From Neoconidiobolus thromboides FSU 785 (lineage: Eukaryota > Fungi > Entomophthoromycota): 39,204 nt of DNA. The stretch lies in the NCBI GenBank assembly GCA_025603075.1, contig MU626435.1, forward strand, positions 1 through 39,204, in the 5' to 3' direction. Shown piece by piece: positions 1 to 10,785 of the stretch. The notes beneath the pieces are model-generated. The model was given only the letters and a program-made list of their open reading frames with translations. It did not search any database and was not told the DNA's origin. The translations under genes and the position numbers were made by a program. Position 1 is the first letter of the stretch. Every line of letters begins with the position of its first letter.

Positions 1-200
1 TGAGGAAGAATCTGAAACTAATACTTTTATAAATAGCTAAACATAATTAACACGAAAGCTTTAAGAAAGAAGTCTTCAAGTAATCTGTGACCATTGAAAA
101 GCCAGTATATATTTTAGATGAATATAATTAGAAAAGCTATCTTTGAAATGCAATAATACTATATAATGCTATAATACAAAATATTAAGATGTGATAAAAA

Positions 201-290
201 AAAATATTAAAAAAATATAAAAAAATATAAAAAAATATAAAAAAATATAAAAAAATATAAAAAAATATAAAAAAACATAAAAAAACATTA
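201..290. repeat. Tandem 10-bp minisatellite (AAAAATATAA)n
   Basis: Six exact units at 211-270, plus degenerate units at 201-210 and 271-290. Confidence 0.9.
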
Positions 291-598
291 AGTAATAAAA
301 ATATTTGGTAAAAATAAACATAAAATACATTACCGCTTATTAATTTAAATAACTATTTATCTATTATCAAATTAAGGCTAAGTTTTAATATAACATATAT
401 TATAACAAAAATTAGCAATCTCAAATAATTAAAAATACTAAATACTAACCAGTCAAATGCTTGATTTTATTTTCACTTTCGAATATTACTTGTATGAATT
501 TCTGGATTTATACTGAAAGTAAAGTCACTAAAAATTCGCATCTTAATATAGAACCAGATTTATTTGTTACTATTAAAATGAGTTAATAGTATTATGCA

Positions 599-702
599 TA
601 AGGCGATATATTTTTTCGTTTAGGAATTTTGCTAATAATCTTTCCACTAAAATAGCGCTTAAAAATGGAAAAAGTAATGAAGACAGAAAAAACATCCTCA
701 TA
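599..702 (+). mobile_element. MITE family A, copy 1 (~100 bp, TIR consensus TGGGGATGT-TTTTT, TA on both flanks)
   Basis: TA-AGGCGATATATTTTTT...AAAAAACATCCTCA-TA; the body aligns with nine other copies in the window. Confidence 0.85.
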
Positions 703-1345
703 TTATTTTTTGATATTATAGAATATTTATAATGTTTTTCATGGCAGTAAAAAGTATCCATTACTAATATATTAAATATTAATTTTATTTTAATAAATAA
801 GAGTTAAGCAAATAACTGTAAATGTTTTAATAAATCAAAAAAGATAAAAAATCGATCTAATATGACTAAGTCAACGTTATCTTATTTGAGCATCAGAAGC
901 TTTTACTTCATTTAATTACGCCTATCATTTATAAGAACATGATAAAAACAAAATCAAATTGTTCATATTACAAAAAAAAATTGTAGTAGATTAAAGCACA
1001 GTAATAGAACATTTGATTCTGGCGCAGCATATTTTTTAAAGTCACTTAGATCTATTAACAATCAACTAAAAAATTTGCCAAGTTATTTAAGGTTTTAAAC
1101 TTAAGTATAACAATTGAAGTGATTAAAAGCAAAAAAAGTCATATAAATTAGAATTACCTCATATAATAGAACATGAAAACAATTTGCAGTTTTGTAGATT
1201 AAATTTTATGCATTAAACTGTCAAAGTAATAACATTTGTACCGCTTTCATTGAATCACAAGCTAACGTTGTAGTAACCAGATAACAGTTTTAAATATAAA
1301 TAAATTAAGAAAGCAATGACAAAAAGGATAAAAAATTGAATAAAT

Positions 1346-2239
1346 ATGATTGTTTGGCCACATATCCCACTTAAAAGTAAACTTTTATTACCAATCAATA
1401 ATCTTCAGAATATAACGTATACTGGCGATACATCAAATTGGATTAATAGCTATGATGTATATTTGCCAAAAGATCAAAGCATCAATACTCCCTTATTGAT
1501 ATGGATTCATGGTGGAGCATGGGTGTCAGGGGACAAAAGAGATGATAGTGAGTTTGCTTCCAAATTAGCCGACCTTGGTATTGCTACTGTTGTATTAAAT
1601 TATCGTCTGAGTTCTTCAAGCAATTCCATCAAATATCCAGATCATATCCTTGATTGTTTCAAAGGGTTTTCGCATGTTCTAAATAACAAAAAACAGCTCA
1701 ATATCAACCCAGATTTAATATTCTTAGGTGGACATTCTGCTGGTAGTCAAATTTCAAGTATGATGGCACTTAATGCTAATCACTATTTGCCTAAAAATAA
1801 TCATATATTAGATTCTGTATCTAAAATTAAAGGAGTTATTTCATTAGGTGGTATCTTTGATTTACCATTATTATATAAACAGGATTATAATTATGGTAAA
1901 AAGTTTCTAAATATTGCTTTTAATGATGATAACTCTAATAAAAGCAATACAACTATCTGGAAACAAGCATCACCTCAGTTTGTTTCAAAAAAGGCAATTG
2001 ATACTATTCATTATTCACCATTGCCACAAGTACTATTAATAAACTCTATTCAAGATCCTTTAGTACATCAAAATCAATCCATTCATTTCCAGGACAAACT
2101 AAATGAAATTGGTTTTAATACTACTCTAGTCAATGGCGAATTCGGTGATCATTACGCTATCTCTAATAATTTGAGTGTTATTCAACAAGTTGCTACATTT
2201 ATTACCTTTGTTGCTAAACTTAAACCAAAACTAATTTAA
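1346..2239 (+). CDS. Alpha/beta hydrolase, HSL-like / kynurenine formamidase (AFMID/Bna7)-like, 297 aa, intronless
   Basis: HGGAW oxyanion motif, GHSAG nucleophile elbow, candidate catalytic Asp (QDPLV) and His (GDHY). Substrate assignment is an inference. Confidence 0.85.
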   Translation: MIVWPHIPLKSKLLLPINNLQNITYTGDTSNWINSYDVYLPKDQSINTPLLIWIHGGAWVSGDKRDDSEFASKLADLGIATVVLNYRLSSSSNSIKYPDHILDCFKGFSHVLNNKKQLNINPDLIFLGGHSAGSQISSMMALNANHYLPKNNHILDSVSKIKGVISLGGIFDLPLLYKQDYNYGKKFLNIAFNDDNSNKSNTTIWKQASPQFVSKKAIDTIHYSPLPQVLLINSIQDPLVHQNQSIHFQDKLNEIGFNTTLVNGEFGDHYAISNNLSVIQQVATFITFVAKLKPKLI

Positions 2240-2634
2240 TTTTATCTGTATCTAATGAATTTATTCATTATCTGTATTTCCTATAAGGTTTAGACTCAAT
2301 ATAATAAATATTGTATATGTTAATTTAATTATTTGTTTAAATTATAAAATTATAAAATTATGAAATATCAATTTGATTATCCTTGACCTAACATTTTAGA
2401 TTATTAATGTTTTTAATAGTATATTATTAAAGTTGCATATAAAAATTAAAGAGTTGCCCAAATATAGAAATAAAGGTAGCATGACACCATAAAACATAAA
2501 AAAGGTGTAAAAAAAACTAAAAATGATACAAAAATTGGAGCCATAGCAATCAAAGATAGTATAAATAACAAAGAAACAAGTAACATAGACAATATTTTTT
2601 ATTTGATTTCAAACTAAAACCCTTACTTTAGCAA

Positions 2635-3435
2635 ATGGCAACAAACATTACATGGTCAGAAGGCATTACGAATGAAGAAAGAGCCCAATATAATCAACAA
2701 AAGGTAAGCTGTATGGCTAATTTATGAATAAAATACTAAAGTAGACTAGGGAGTAACAATATGGCTAACAGGACTAAGTGGTAGTGGGAAATCAACCATT
2801 GCTATACTATTAGAGAAAAAACTAATCCAAAGTGGTATCCAAAGCTATCGTTTAGATGGTGATAATGTTAGATTTGGATTAAATAAAGATTTAGGCTTTT
2901 CAAATGAAGATAGAATTGAAAATATAAGAAGAATAAGTGAAGTAGGTTGCATTATATAATACTGATTCGTATACAATAGTCATACGCATTTAGGTATCAA
3001 AGCTATTTAACCACAGTGGTGTAGTTACTATTACTTCTTTTATTTCTCCCTTTATCAAAGATCGTGAATTTGCTAGGTCTATTCACTTAAAGGATGATTT
3101 AAGCTTTCTTGAGGTAAAAAACTTTACACTGAACATTTAATTTATTCATTGTAAATCAGGTTTATGTTCACGTGCCTTTAGAAGTAGCTGAGAAAAGGGA
3201 TCCAAAGGGATTATATCAAAAGGCACGCGAAGGCATTATTAAAGAATTTACTGGCATTTCATCACCTTATGAGGCACCACTAAGCCCAGAGATCTTAATC
3301 AATAATCATCTAGTTACTGTTGATGAAGCTGTTAATGTAAGTGTTTTTGCTTTTTTTTACCCAGCCATTTAATTATATTTTTAGATTATCATTGATCATT
3401 TAAAGCAGAACAAATTAATTGATAATAAATTATAA
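2635..3435 (+). CDS. MET14: Adenylyl-sulfate (APS) kinase, 202 aa, 5 exons (2635-2703, 2750-2941, 2994-3113, 3160-3336, 3385-3435)
   Basis: Spliced product has [14 protein letters not shown] (P-loop), [26 protein letters not shown] and [11 protein letters not shown]; four GT-AG introns keep the frame. Confidence 0.97.
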
Positions 3436-4268
3436 ATTATAAATTAATAAAAACAAATAAATCTATCTGTTTATTTGAAATCACATATCTAGTTCCAGTT
3501 TTGGAAAACCATTCTTACTAAAGCACAATTTTTTCATTTAGCTATACTCCGGAGAATACTTAGTACTATTTTCTCAATTAGAGTAAGTATGAATTCTTTC
3601 AAATTAGAGGTAAATTCTCCCTGTCCATTTTATATCAATTTTAAAGACTTTTAGACTACAGCTTCTTTATATACCCTTCAGGAAATCCTTTATAGGTTAT
3701 CATTGTACCTACAATAAAATTCGTAACTCACAACCCTCCATATAATATGACTAAGTTTTTGTCTTACCTTAAAAAAGCACACACTGCTCTCTTTTTACTT
3801 TAGTATTTAGATGTCATGGACCATTTATAAAAATATAAAAGATTTTTCTTTTCTGGGAAGCTTTATAAATGGCGTTTAATAGGGTAATTGACTTTAACTA
3901 CTCCAAAGCAAAAATAGAAAAAAGTTACGATGCCAGAGAAGCCATGCTGCCTTGGACTTAATCTCCTATCTTATAAATAGTTAATACTCATTAATAAAAT
4001 AACCGTCCAGAGGTTTACCTCCTATAATAAATCAAAGAAATATCTTTAGCTATACTTATCGATCATGGTGTTTACATCTACTTTTTTATTATTATTTTGC
4101 ATTTCTTGGCATCAGGTCAAGTTTCTAAACTAATGAATGAATTCGAATAAAAAACCAATAAGTTTAAAAGCATTTCGTTTGAGTCTATTAAGACATCTAA
4201 AAAAATGAACTTACATACATGAATTTTTTATTTTATTTTATTAAATATAAAGCATATCGTTTATAACA

Positions 4269-5259
4269 TTATTTAGTTGATTCACAATTGAGTATACTTT
4301 CTTTCTTTTTGAATCTATCAACAATTGATCTAAATATCAATTTTATGTCTGTATAAATACTATCATGTAAAACCATTAACGCCATTGGATTAACTACAGT
4401 AAAGAACACTACAGCAACTAATACTATAAAATCTTCAATACTGCTTCTTAGCTGGGTCAATATCTGTTCTTTTTATACCAATCACTACGAAAGGCCCTAC
4501 ACTAATGTTGTAAAGCAGCAGTATGATACCCGTTCTGATATATGTACTACGCTTTTGCTTTTTTACACTAGAATTTAAGTTGTAAAATGAGTCGTTTAAT
4601 TCACTATTTCTGTTATTTTCTAGTAAACAGGCAAATCGTTTAGCCAAAGAAGTGTAACAGAAATCAACCAAAACCAAACAAACAGAACAAAGGATTAACA
4701 TATAGCAAGCAGTAAATCTTGTTATGAAAACAACAGAAAGAGCATTGGGATAGTAATACCTTTGAAAAGGCATAAGTATAAAGTCCTTATTAACAAATAC
4801 TCCTATTAATATTGCTAAATGAAAAAATTGAAGGAATACAAATACAGCAGCCCATATCCATATTTTTAGCTTCCTTTTTAGACATAAAGCCCAATACCTT
4901 AATAAAGCCAAAAACCCGACACAGCTAACTGAAAAGAATACAAAGGAAACCTCGATGAGGCCATCATATTGGCCATAATTCACATTTAAGAATATTTTTC
5001 CAATCCCTATGATATTAAATGCTACTGCTTGACAAAGTTTATAAGTAACAAATATAGCGTCTCCAATCGTTAAAAAACTAGCCATCCACATATCAAATGT
5101 TTTAAATCCTTGCCTTTTTACTAAATAGAAGGTAAATAGGTTGAAAAAGATAGATAAAATTGAAAGTGCAATAGTCAAATTACTATAATATGTACTTTCA
5201 GAAGTGAAGCTACTAGTTGGCTGCAAGGCTGCCTTTTCCATATATAGTGTCGAATTCAT
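4269..5259 (-). pseudogene. Rhodopsin-like (class A / opsin-like) 7TM receptor split by a 1-nt frameshift; ~329 aa if restored
   Basis: ORF 4435-5259 holds six hydrophobic segments and LALLRY (DRY-like). ORF 4269-4460 holds TM7 with VVNP. Deleting one base from the T5 run at 4470-4474 fuses them as VIGIKEQILTQLRSSIEDF. Could be a sequencing error rather than a true pseudogene. Confidence 0.7.
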
Positions 5260-5547
5260 GTTTGAAAAGAGGATAAAAACACATTAAGATAGACTTTTTT
5301 ATTATTAATTTATAGTTTCAATTTAGTTACCTAAAACTAGCTTTTAGTCATGGTTGGGAATTAGCGGATTTGTTATTTTAGCTTTATTGTTTCTTATCCA
5401 TAACAATAAAGTGATTCAGCTATTTCTGATTTAGATAAGCTTCAATCATAAATTCAATGAAAAATAAAGTTTGGTTATTTAAGGATGAAGAAATAAAAGG
5501 ACTTTTTACTAAAACAAGAGCACTATATGTAAGCTGCTTTTTTAATA

Positions 5548-5651
5548 TATGGGGATGTTTTTTTGGCTTAATTACTTTTTCCATCTTTTAAGCATTATTT
5601 GAGTCGAAAGATTGTTAGTAAAATTCTTAAATACAAAAATACATTCCTATA
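5548..5651 (-). mobile_element. MITE family A, copy 2
   Basis: TA-TGGGGATGTTTTTTT...AAAAATACATTCCTA-TA; reverse orientation relative to copy 1. Confidence 0.88.
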
Positions 5652-6326
5652 TCAACTTTATTTACCGTAGACTTTGGCCTAAACATTTTACTTCTATTTT
5701 ATATAAAAACACCTCTGCTGTCATCACACCATAAGTACTGAACCATTTCTAGTCTATCATATTTACCTTTTTTACTAAAAGAAATCCTAGTGCTATCAGA
5801 TTTTATAAGACACTTGACCCACTAGTCTACCCACTTTACTTAGTAAACCCAAACACTATTCCAATTTTTCTTGATTTTGAGCTCAAGTATTAGTTTCATT
5901 GTAATGTTGTTTCTAAAATAACCTCCTTTTCTCATATAAAATAATGAAAAGACTGTTGATTGCAATTTGAAATATTTTTTGTGCTCAAAAAGGAATTTTT
6001 TTTAACAAAAATCACTGTAGCAATTCTACCCCTTTGCACAATAATTTTAAAAAATACAAAGTTTAGAAATAGCCTTTGAAGATCTAAGATTAACTGAATA
6101 TTTTTTTGTATTTATATTGAATGATGTATAACAATGTATAGCAAAATACAAATGTAAAAGGTAACAGTCATCTTTATTTACTGTATTTAGCGAAAGTGGC
6201 ATCTAAAGTCAAAAGTAAGAAATCTCGGAACAGTGTTTGAATGCACCGGATGCAGTGGATACACTAGTAGTTCAGATGTTTCGAAAAAATTGGTAATTTT
6301 AATTATAACGTTAAATAAAATAAATA

Positions 6327-6430
6327 TATGGAGATATATTTTTTCGTTTAGGAATTTTGCTAACAATCTTTCCACCCAAATAGCGCTTAAAAAATGGAAA
6401 AAGTAATGAAGCCAAAAAAACATCCCCATA
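6327..6430 (+). mobile_element. MITE family A, copy 3
   Basis: TA-TGGAGATATATTTTTT...AAAAAAACATCCCCA-TA. Confidence 0.9.
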
Positions 6431-6609
6431 TACTAATAAAGAATTTAATGACATTTTGAATATTGCTAAATAAAAGTTGAGTTTATTGCAAAATTATATA
6501 TTAAATATTATTCGGATTACATATGAAATTTATAAAGTTCTCAGTTTGGTAAGTTTCATGATAGCTTTGATTTTATTTTATAATATTTAAATACGATCCC
6601 AAAACAATC

Positions 6610-6652
6610 TATATCATTAAAGAAAACTTTCAAGATTTTCTTTAATGATATA
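6610..6652. repeat. Perfect 17-bp inverted repeat with a 9-nt loop
   Basis: TATATCATTAAAGAAAA-ctttcaaga-TTTTCTTTAATGATATA. Confidence 0.9.
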
Positions 6653-7448
6653 AGTCATTTTGGAATTTTAGTGCTACATGAGGATCTCCGAGTTAGTTTT
6701 AGAATCCAGTTAGAAATTCAAATTTTAAGTTTTTAAACTTGTAAGTCCTTTGTGAAATCAGGTACTCAGTAATTGGAGTCAAATAGCTATTGCCGGGTTG
6801 ACTACACTGTAAGTCTGGAGGTCTTAATTTATCTGACTAAGATAGACTTGAATTACTAAGAATAGCACATAATAGGCTACGGACCATATAAGACAAATAG
6901 AATAGACAATACTGCTGTAAGATCTATGTAAAACACTATTAAGAAAATTTAGTGGCTTTATTGAATGCGAAAGATATCGGGGAATAATCAGTTAAAAAGC
7001 CTCGAGTTACTATGTTCTAAAATCTTTTTTATACCCTGACAAGTACAAATATCAAGATGAGAAGATAACATTACCTAAGATGAAGCTAAAAATCCTCATA
7101 GCAAATTAAACTAAGAGCGCGGGATTGATCGTCTCTAAACTTGAGAATACAACAACTTAAACGGTTATTATGCTACAACCATAGAGCTGACAAAGCGATA
7201 TTCCACACCTTAATTTTAATTTTGATTTTTTTATTAAATATTATAAAAAAATCTATTTAATAGATGTTTTAATTTTTTTATAAAAGAGTAATTTCAAAGC
7301 TAACTACTCCTTTTTACACAGTTGTTTATTAAATTAGTAATATATTAATAATATAAATGTAGTATTAAAACATTTTTTTAATAGTAGATCCGTAATATTA
7401 GCTATAAAGTAGTCAACAATAAATGCTTAATGAAGTTTTATAGAAATA

Positions 7449-7552
7449 TATGGGGATGTATTCTTTTGTTTAAAAATTTTGCTAATAATTTTTTTGCTCA
7501 AATAGTGCTTAAAAATGGAAAAAATAATGAAATCAAAAAACATCCCCCCATA
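7449..7552 (+). mobile_element. MITE family A, copy 4 (inner end of the left IR arm)
   Basis: TA-TGGGGATGTATTCTTTT...AAAAAACATCCCCCCA-TA. Confidence 0.9.
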
Positions 7553-7948
7553 CGTTATATTAATAAAAAATTTGGTAGACTGAGAATCTTTGTTAAATTT
7601 AGTAAAATTCAGTTTAACTTACAATATAAACTATAATTTAATAATTTGGAACTATGTTGGGTACCTTTGCTTTTTAATAAAAAGAATTATTTTTATATAA
7701 TTCTAAGCGAAAATATAAAATACAAGATATTTAAAAATTGGATAAGAAAATGAAACTAATTTAGACATATCCCCTTATTAAATTTTTGGACTATTGAGGC
7801 AATATTTTCGAAAAATTAATAGAAGTTGTTCAAAACTAGCTATAGTCAGACTATAAAGTTATTTCAAAAATATAAGACTCTCAAGCCTAAATGAAATAGT
7901 ATGTTTTTTAAGTAAATATATGGTATCAAAAAAATCTCAGCCACTTAA

Positions 7949-8021
7949 AGCCCAACGCGGGGGTCGAACCCGCAACCTTGTGATTAAGAGTCACACGCTC
8001 TGCCGATTGAGCTAGCCAGGC
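7949..8021 (-). tRNA. tRNA-Lys-CTT: tRNA-Lys(CTT), intronless, copy 1
   Basis: GCCTGGCTAGCTCAATCGGCAGAGCGTGTGACT-CTT-AATCACAAGGTTGCGGGTTCGACCCCCGCGTTGGGC folds as a cloverleaf, with a TGTGA/TCACA anticodon stem, GTTCGA T-loop and a downstream T-run. Confidence 0.97.
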
Positions 8022-8118
8022 TTTTGTTGCTGTTATCTGATTATGAGATAAATAATATATAAATAGTAATTTTTGCCTTACTTCGATTTTAGCAGGTAAC
8101 GATTTTTAAACATGATAC

Positions 8119-8219
8119 TATGGGATATTTTTTGATTTCATTATTTTTTCCATTTTTAAGCACTATTTGAGCAAAAAAATTATTAGCAAAATTTTTAAAC
8201 AAAAGAATACATCCCCATA
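8119..8219 (-). mobile_element. MITE family A, copy 5 (inner end of the right IR arm)
   Basis: Identical to copy 4 except at the spacer-facing terminal repeat (TATGGGATAT vs TATGGGGGGATGT). Confidence 0.9.
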
Positions 8220-8429
8220 TATTTCTATAAAACTTCATTAAGCATTTATTGTTGACTACTTTATAGCTAATATTACGGATCTACTATTAAAAAAATGTTT
8301 TAATACTACATTTATATTATTAATATATTACTAATTTAATAAACAACTGTGTAAAAAGGAGTAGTTAGCTTTGAAATTACTCTTTTATAAAAAAATTAAA
8401 ACATCTATTAAATAGATTTTTTTATAATA

Positions 8430-8532
8430 TATGGAGATGTATTTTTGTATTTAAGAATTTTACTAATAATCTTTCTGCTCAAATAATGCTTAAAAATGCA
8501 AAAAGCAATGAAGCCAAAAAAACATCCCCATA
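8430..8532 (+). mobile_element. MITE family A, copy 6 (abuts the outer end of the right IR arm)
   Basis: TA-TGGAGATGTATTTTT...AAAAAAACATCCCCA-TA. Confidence 0.9.
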
Positions 8533-9606
8533 TGCTGAATCATGATTTGATATTCCAGATAAATAATCAAAATAAACTTTGCCTATTGTTTTATCACCCT
8601 TTAAATATAGAACACCAAGACCTAATACTATATAGCTTGTTTGTTATAGTGATTTAAATTTATTGAATCTGACTTTGTTTTTATATCTACTTTTATACTT
8701 ATTTAAAATTTAGAGCTATTATACAACTTATTGTTTAATTTTTTAATAGTTCTATTATACATATTTAAGTATCAATACAAAATCTATAGAATTTGTATAC
8801 CTTTTTTTCTTTATCAAAAGATTCTTCTATCTCTGCTTTGTTTCTTATTGCTGTATTTATTTTATTTTATTTTATTTTATTTATTTTCAAATAATTTTTT
8901 ATAATTATATAATAGGCGCATATATTAAGCAGGTCTGTTTCTCTTGCTGGATTTTTAAAATTGCTTAATATATATTTAAAAATATATATTAAAGCTACAA
9001 TTGATAGTAATGCTATTTATTGGTTTTGTTGTTTGTTTCTTTTAAAACATTAATTTTATGTATTAATTAAGTTTAATATTATTCATAATGATTTTAATTT
9101 TTTCTTTTATTATAAAATTCTATAAATTTGGGTTGTTATAAACAATTGTCAAGATTAATATAAATGAATTATAATATTTATATAGTGTGCTTTTCCTTAC
9201 TATATTGAAATTTTTAAAGATTCTACTTTGTTTTTATTTTAAGCTTTTTGAATTTAAACTAATCATATACACTAAGGACTTACAAATTGAAAAGCTTTGA
9301 ATTTTTAACTAAATCCTCAAACTAATTCGAACATCTCTATGTTATTAAAAATACTTAATTCCTTAATGACAGTTCTTCTATAGTATTATTATTGTCTTGT
9401 AGTAGATTGTACATTTGGTTCTTTTTGTTTTAGTTATAAGGCATTATCTTTATAATTCTAAATAAATAAATGTTTTTATGTTATGTTCTAATAGTGATCA
9501 AAAAACTTGAGCTACTCTACTAAAATCTATTAATAAATTCTAAAAATAAATTTAAAATTGAACTTTAAAACAAGTATGCATTTAAAAATAAAGCTTAAAT
9601 CCGGTT

Positions 9607-10023
9607 TTAATAATAAGGTGTAGGACAGTAAGAAGGTTTAATGGTAACAGTCTTAGTACCAGTTGAAGTTACAATTTGGGTAGAGGTAATAGTTTTAGCA
9701 GTACAAGGAGTTGGACAATCGATTGGTTTATTAGTTACTGTGATAGTTGAAGTGGAAGTAACAACCTGAGTAGAAGTAACAGTCTTAGGAGTACAAGGAG
9801 TGGGGCAATTGGTTGGTTTATTGGTAATTGTGGCAGTTGAAGTCAAAGCTACAATCGAGGTTTGAGTAACTGTCTTTGGGTTACATCCATGACCGCCGCC
9901 ATCACCACCTCCATGGCCTCCGCTATTATCGCCATCGTAGCCACCACCATAGTCATTTTGGTATGTAGCGTTAATAGCTAAGAAAAAGAGGACCATCCAG
10001 CTAAATAATAAATATTTAATCAT
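9607..10023 (-). CDS. Secreted Gly/Tyr-rich and Thr/Cys-repeat protein, 138 aa, three ~30-aa C-x-x-KT(V/I)T...CPTP modules, ends PYY
   Basis: Hydrophobic N-terminal signal peptide, GGGYDGD/GGHGG linker, three internal repeats, TATAAAAA 43 nt upstream, and a decayed paralog at 12007-12270. Confidence 0.9.
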   Translation of the reverse strand: MIKYLLFSWMVLFFLAINATYQNDYGGGYDGDNSGGHGGGDGGGHGCNPKTVTQTSIVALTSTATITNKPTNCPTPCTPKTVTSTQVVTSTSTITVTNKPIDCPTPCTAKTITSTQIVTSTGTKTVTIKPSYCPTPYY

Positions 10024-10066
10024 TTTTGTCTTTTTTGTTATAAAAGACCGAGCTCCATTACATCCC

Positions 10067-10074
10067 TTTTTATA
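10067..10074 (-). promoter_or_regulatory. TATA box of the 138-aa gene
   Basis: TATAAAAA on the minus strand upstream of ATG 10023; the equivalent site in the pseudogene copy reads TATCGAAT. Confidence 0.6.
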
Positions 10075-10496
10075 GCTGGATAAAGACTAGCTTTAAAAAA
10101 TAGATGAAAACAAAAAAGTGGGCTTTTAAAGGGATCTATTTTTAATTGAAACCAATCGCAATAAACTACCTCATTGATACATCAAAAGAATAGCAATGTT
10201 GGACTGTTTAGCTATCCATGAATTTATCTAATTTAAATTGTTAAGGTTTCTTATTTCTGAAAGTTAAATTTGTAATTTTATAATTACAGCTTTTGAGTTA
10301 AACATCACATTTAATGATATTTTTAGAATGACCTTTTGGTTACTAACAAAAAGGTAAAAACATTAAATTTAAATTAAGCTACTAAAACTTCTTACTTTAA
10401 ACCAACAGTATTCTTAAGAGATACTTTAATGTATTAAGGAACTTATTTCATTATGATATTTCACTTTATGATGAGTTTAAAAATAACTACTCTTTT

Positions 10497-10561
10497 AAAC
10501 AAAGGCTTAGGATCCGTAATGGTCCTTTTAGCTACCGCCTTCATATCTGAAGTGTATATAA
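10497..10561 (+). promoter_or_regulatory. Conserved promoter motif (10497-10520) and TATA box (10555-10561) of the 55-aa gene
   Basis: AAACAAAGGCTTAGGATCCGTAAT is matched at 12791-12814; TATATAA occurs at a similar distance upstream of all three short genes (10555, 12849, and 39162-39169 on minus). Confidence 0.6.
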
Positions 10562-10617
10562 GAGAGAATAGTAGAGGATTATAACTAAAAAAACAAAACC
10601 AAGCCATTGAAATTAAA

Positions 10618-10785
10618 ATGAGATTTTTAGCTGTTATTATATTATTTGCTGCCTCTACTTTTGCTCAAGCTTATGGCTCTGGAGATAGTTGCAAAGATAT
10701 CACTAAAGTTGTTACCAGTACTGCTACCGCTTATGTTACTAAAACCGTACAGGGAACTTGTCCCACTATCGCCCCTTACTATTAA
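10618..10785 (+). CDS. Secreted micro-protein, 55 aa: MRFLAVIILFAASTFAQAYGSGDSCKDITKVVTSTATAYVTKTVQGTCPTIAPYY (below the ORF-track cutoff)
   Basis: Own translation; AAAATG start context, signal peptide, two Cys, upstream TATA, AATAAA downstream. Two paralogs keep the same frame and motifs despite many nucleotide substitutions. Confidence 0.9.
   Translation: MRFLAVIILFAASTFAQAYGSGDSCKDITKVVTSTATAYVTKTVQGTCPTIAPYY

Larger units (their letters stand above)
7238..8430. repeat. 303-bp inverted repeat (arms 7238-7540 and 8128-8430) with a 587-bp spacer containing tRNA-Lys
   Basis: Base-by-base comparison by eye found no mismatch between 7238-7540 and the reverse complement of 8128-8430. Confidence 0.93.

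Noticed and set aside
573-761. ORF-track peptides at 573-761, 6187-6429, 7430-7636 and 16557-16778 share similar hydrophobic text (e.g. FLSAIWVERLLAKFLNEKIY)
   Set aside because: The similarity comes from overlapping MITE family A copies. Copy 2 has a stop in the same frame, so there is no conserved coding function.
1640-1655. Other ATATCCTT matches (near 1645, 20808 and 21175 on the plus strand)
   Set aside because: The first is inside the uninterrupted hydrolase ORF; the others are antisense to the syntaxin gene. None is needed to restore a frame.
2446-2586. 46-aa very hydrophobic minus-strand ORF (MLLVSLLFILSLIAMAPIF...) divergent from MET14
   Set aside because: Only 48 bp separate the two ATGs, T-rich strands give hydrophobic ORFs by chance, and I recognise no homology. 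It cannot be excluded without expression data.
5655-5890. Stop-interrupted minus-strand fragments loosely resembling Tc1 transposase (RLEMVQYLWCDDSRGVFI) or, in another frame, an ABC P-loop region
   Set aside because: Two incompatible weak readings, and no DDE motif recovered. It needs a TBLASTN/HMM search.
7387-7396. GATCCGTAAT in the inverted-repeat arm matches the promoter motif at 10511-10520
   Set aside because: A 10-bp match without extended alignment can occur by chance.
7950-8021. Three consecutive G-U pairs in the tRNA-Lys acceptor stem
   Set aside because: Eukaryotic tRNA-Lys(CUU) commonly has G-U pairs there, and both copies are identical with intact D, anticodon and T arms, so this is not evidence of a pseudogene or recoding.
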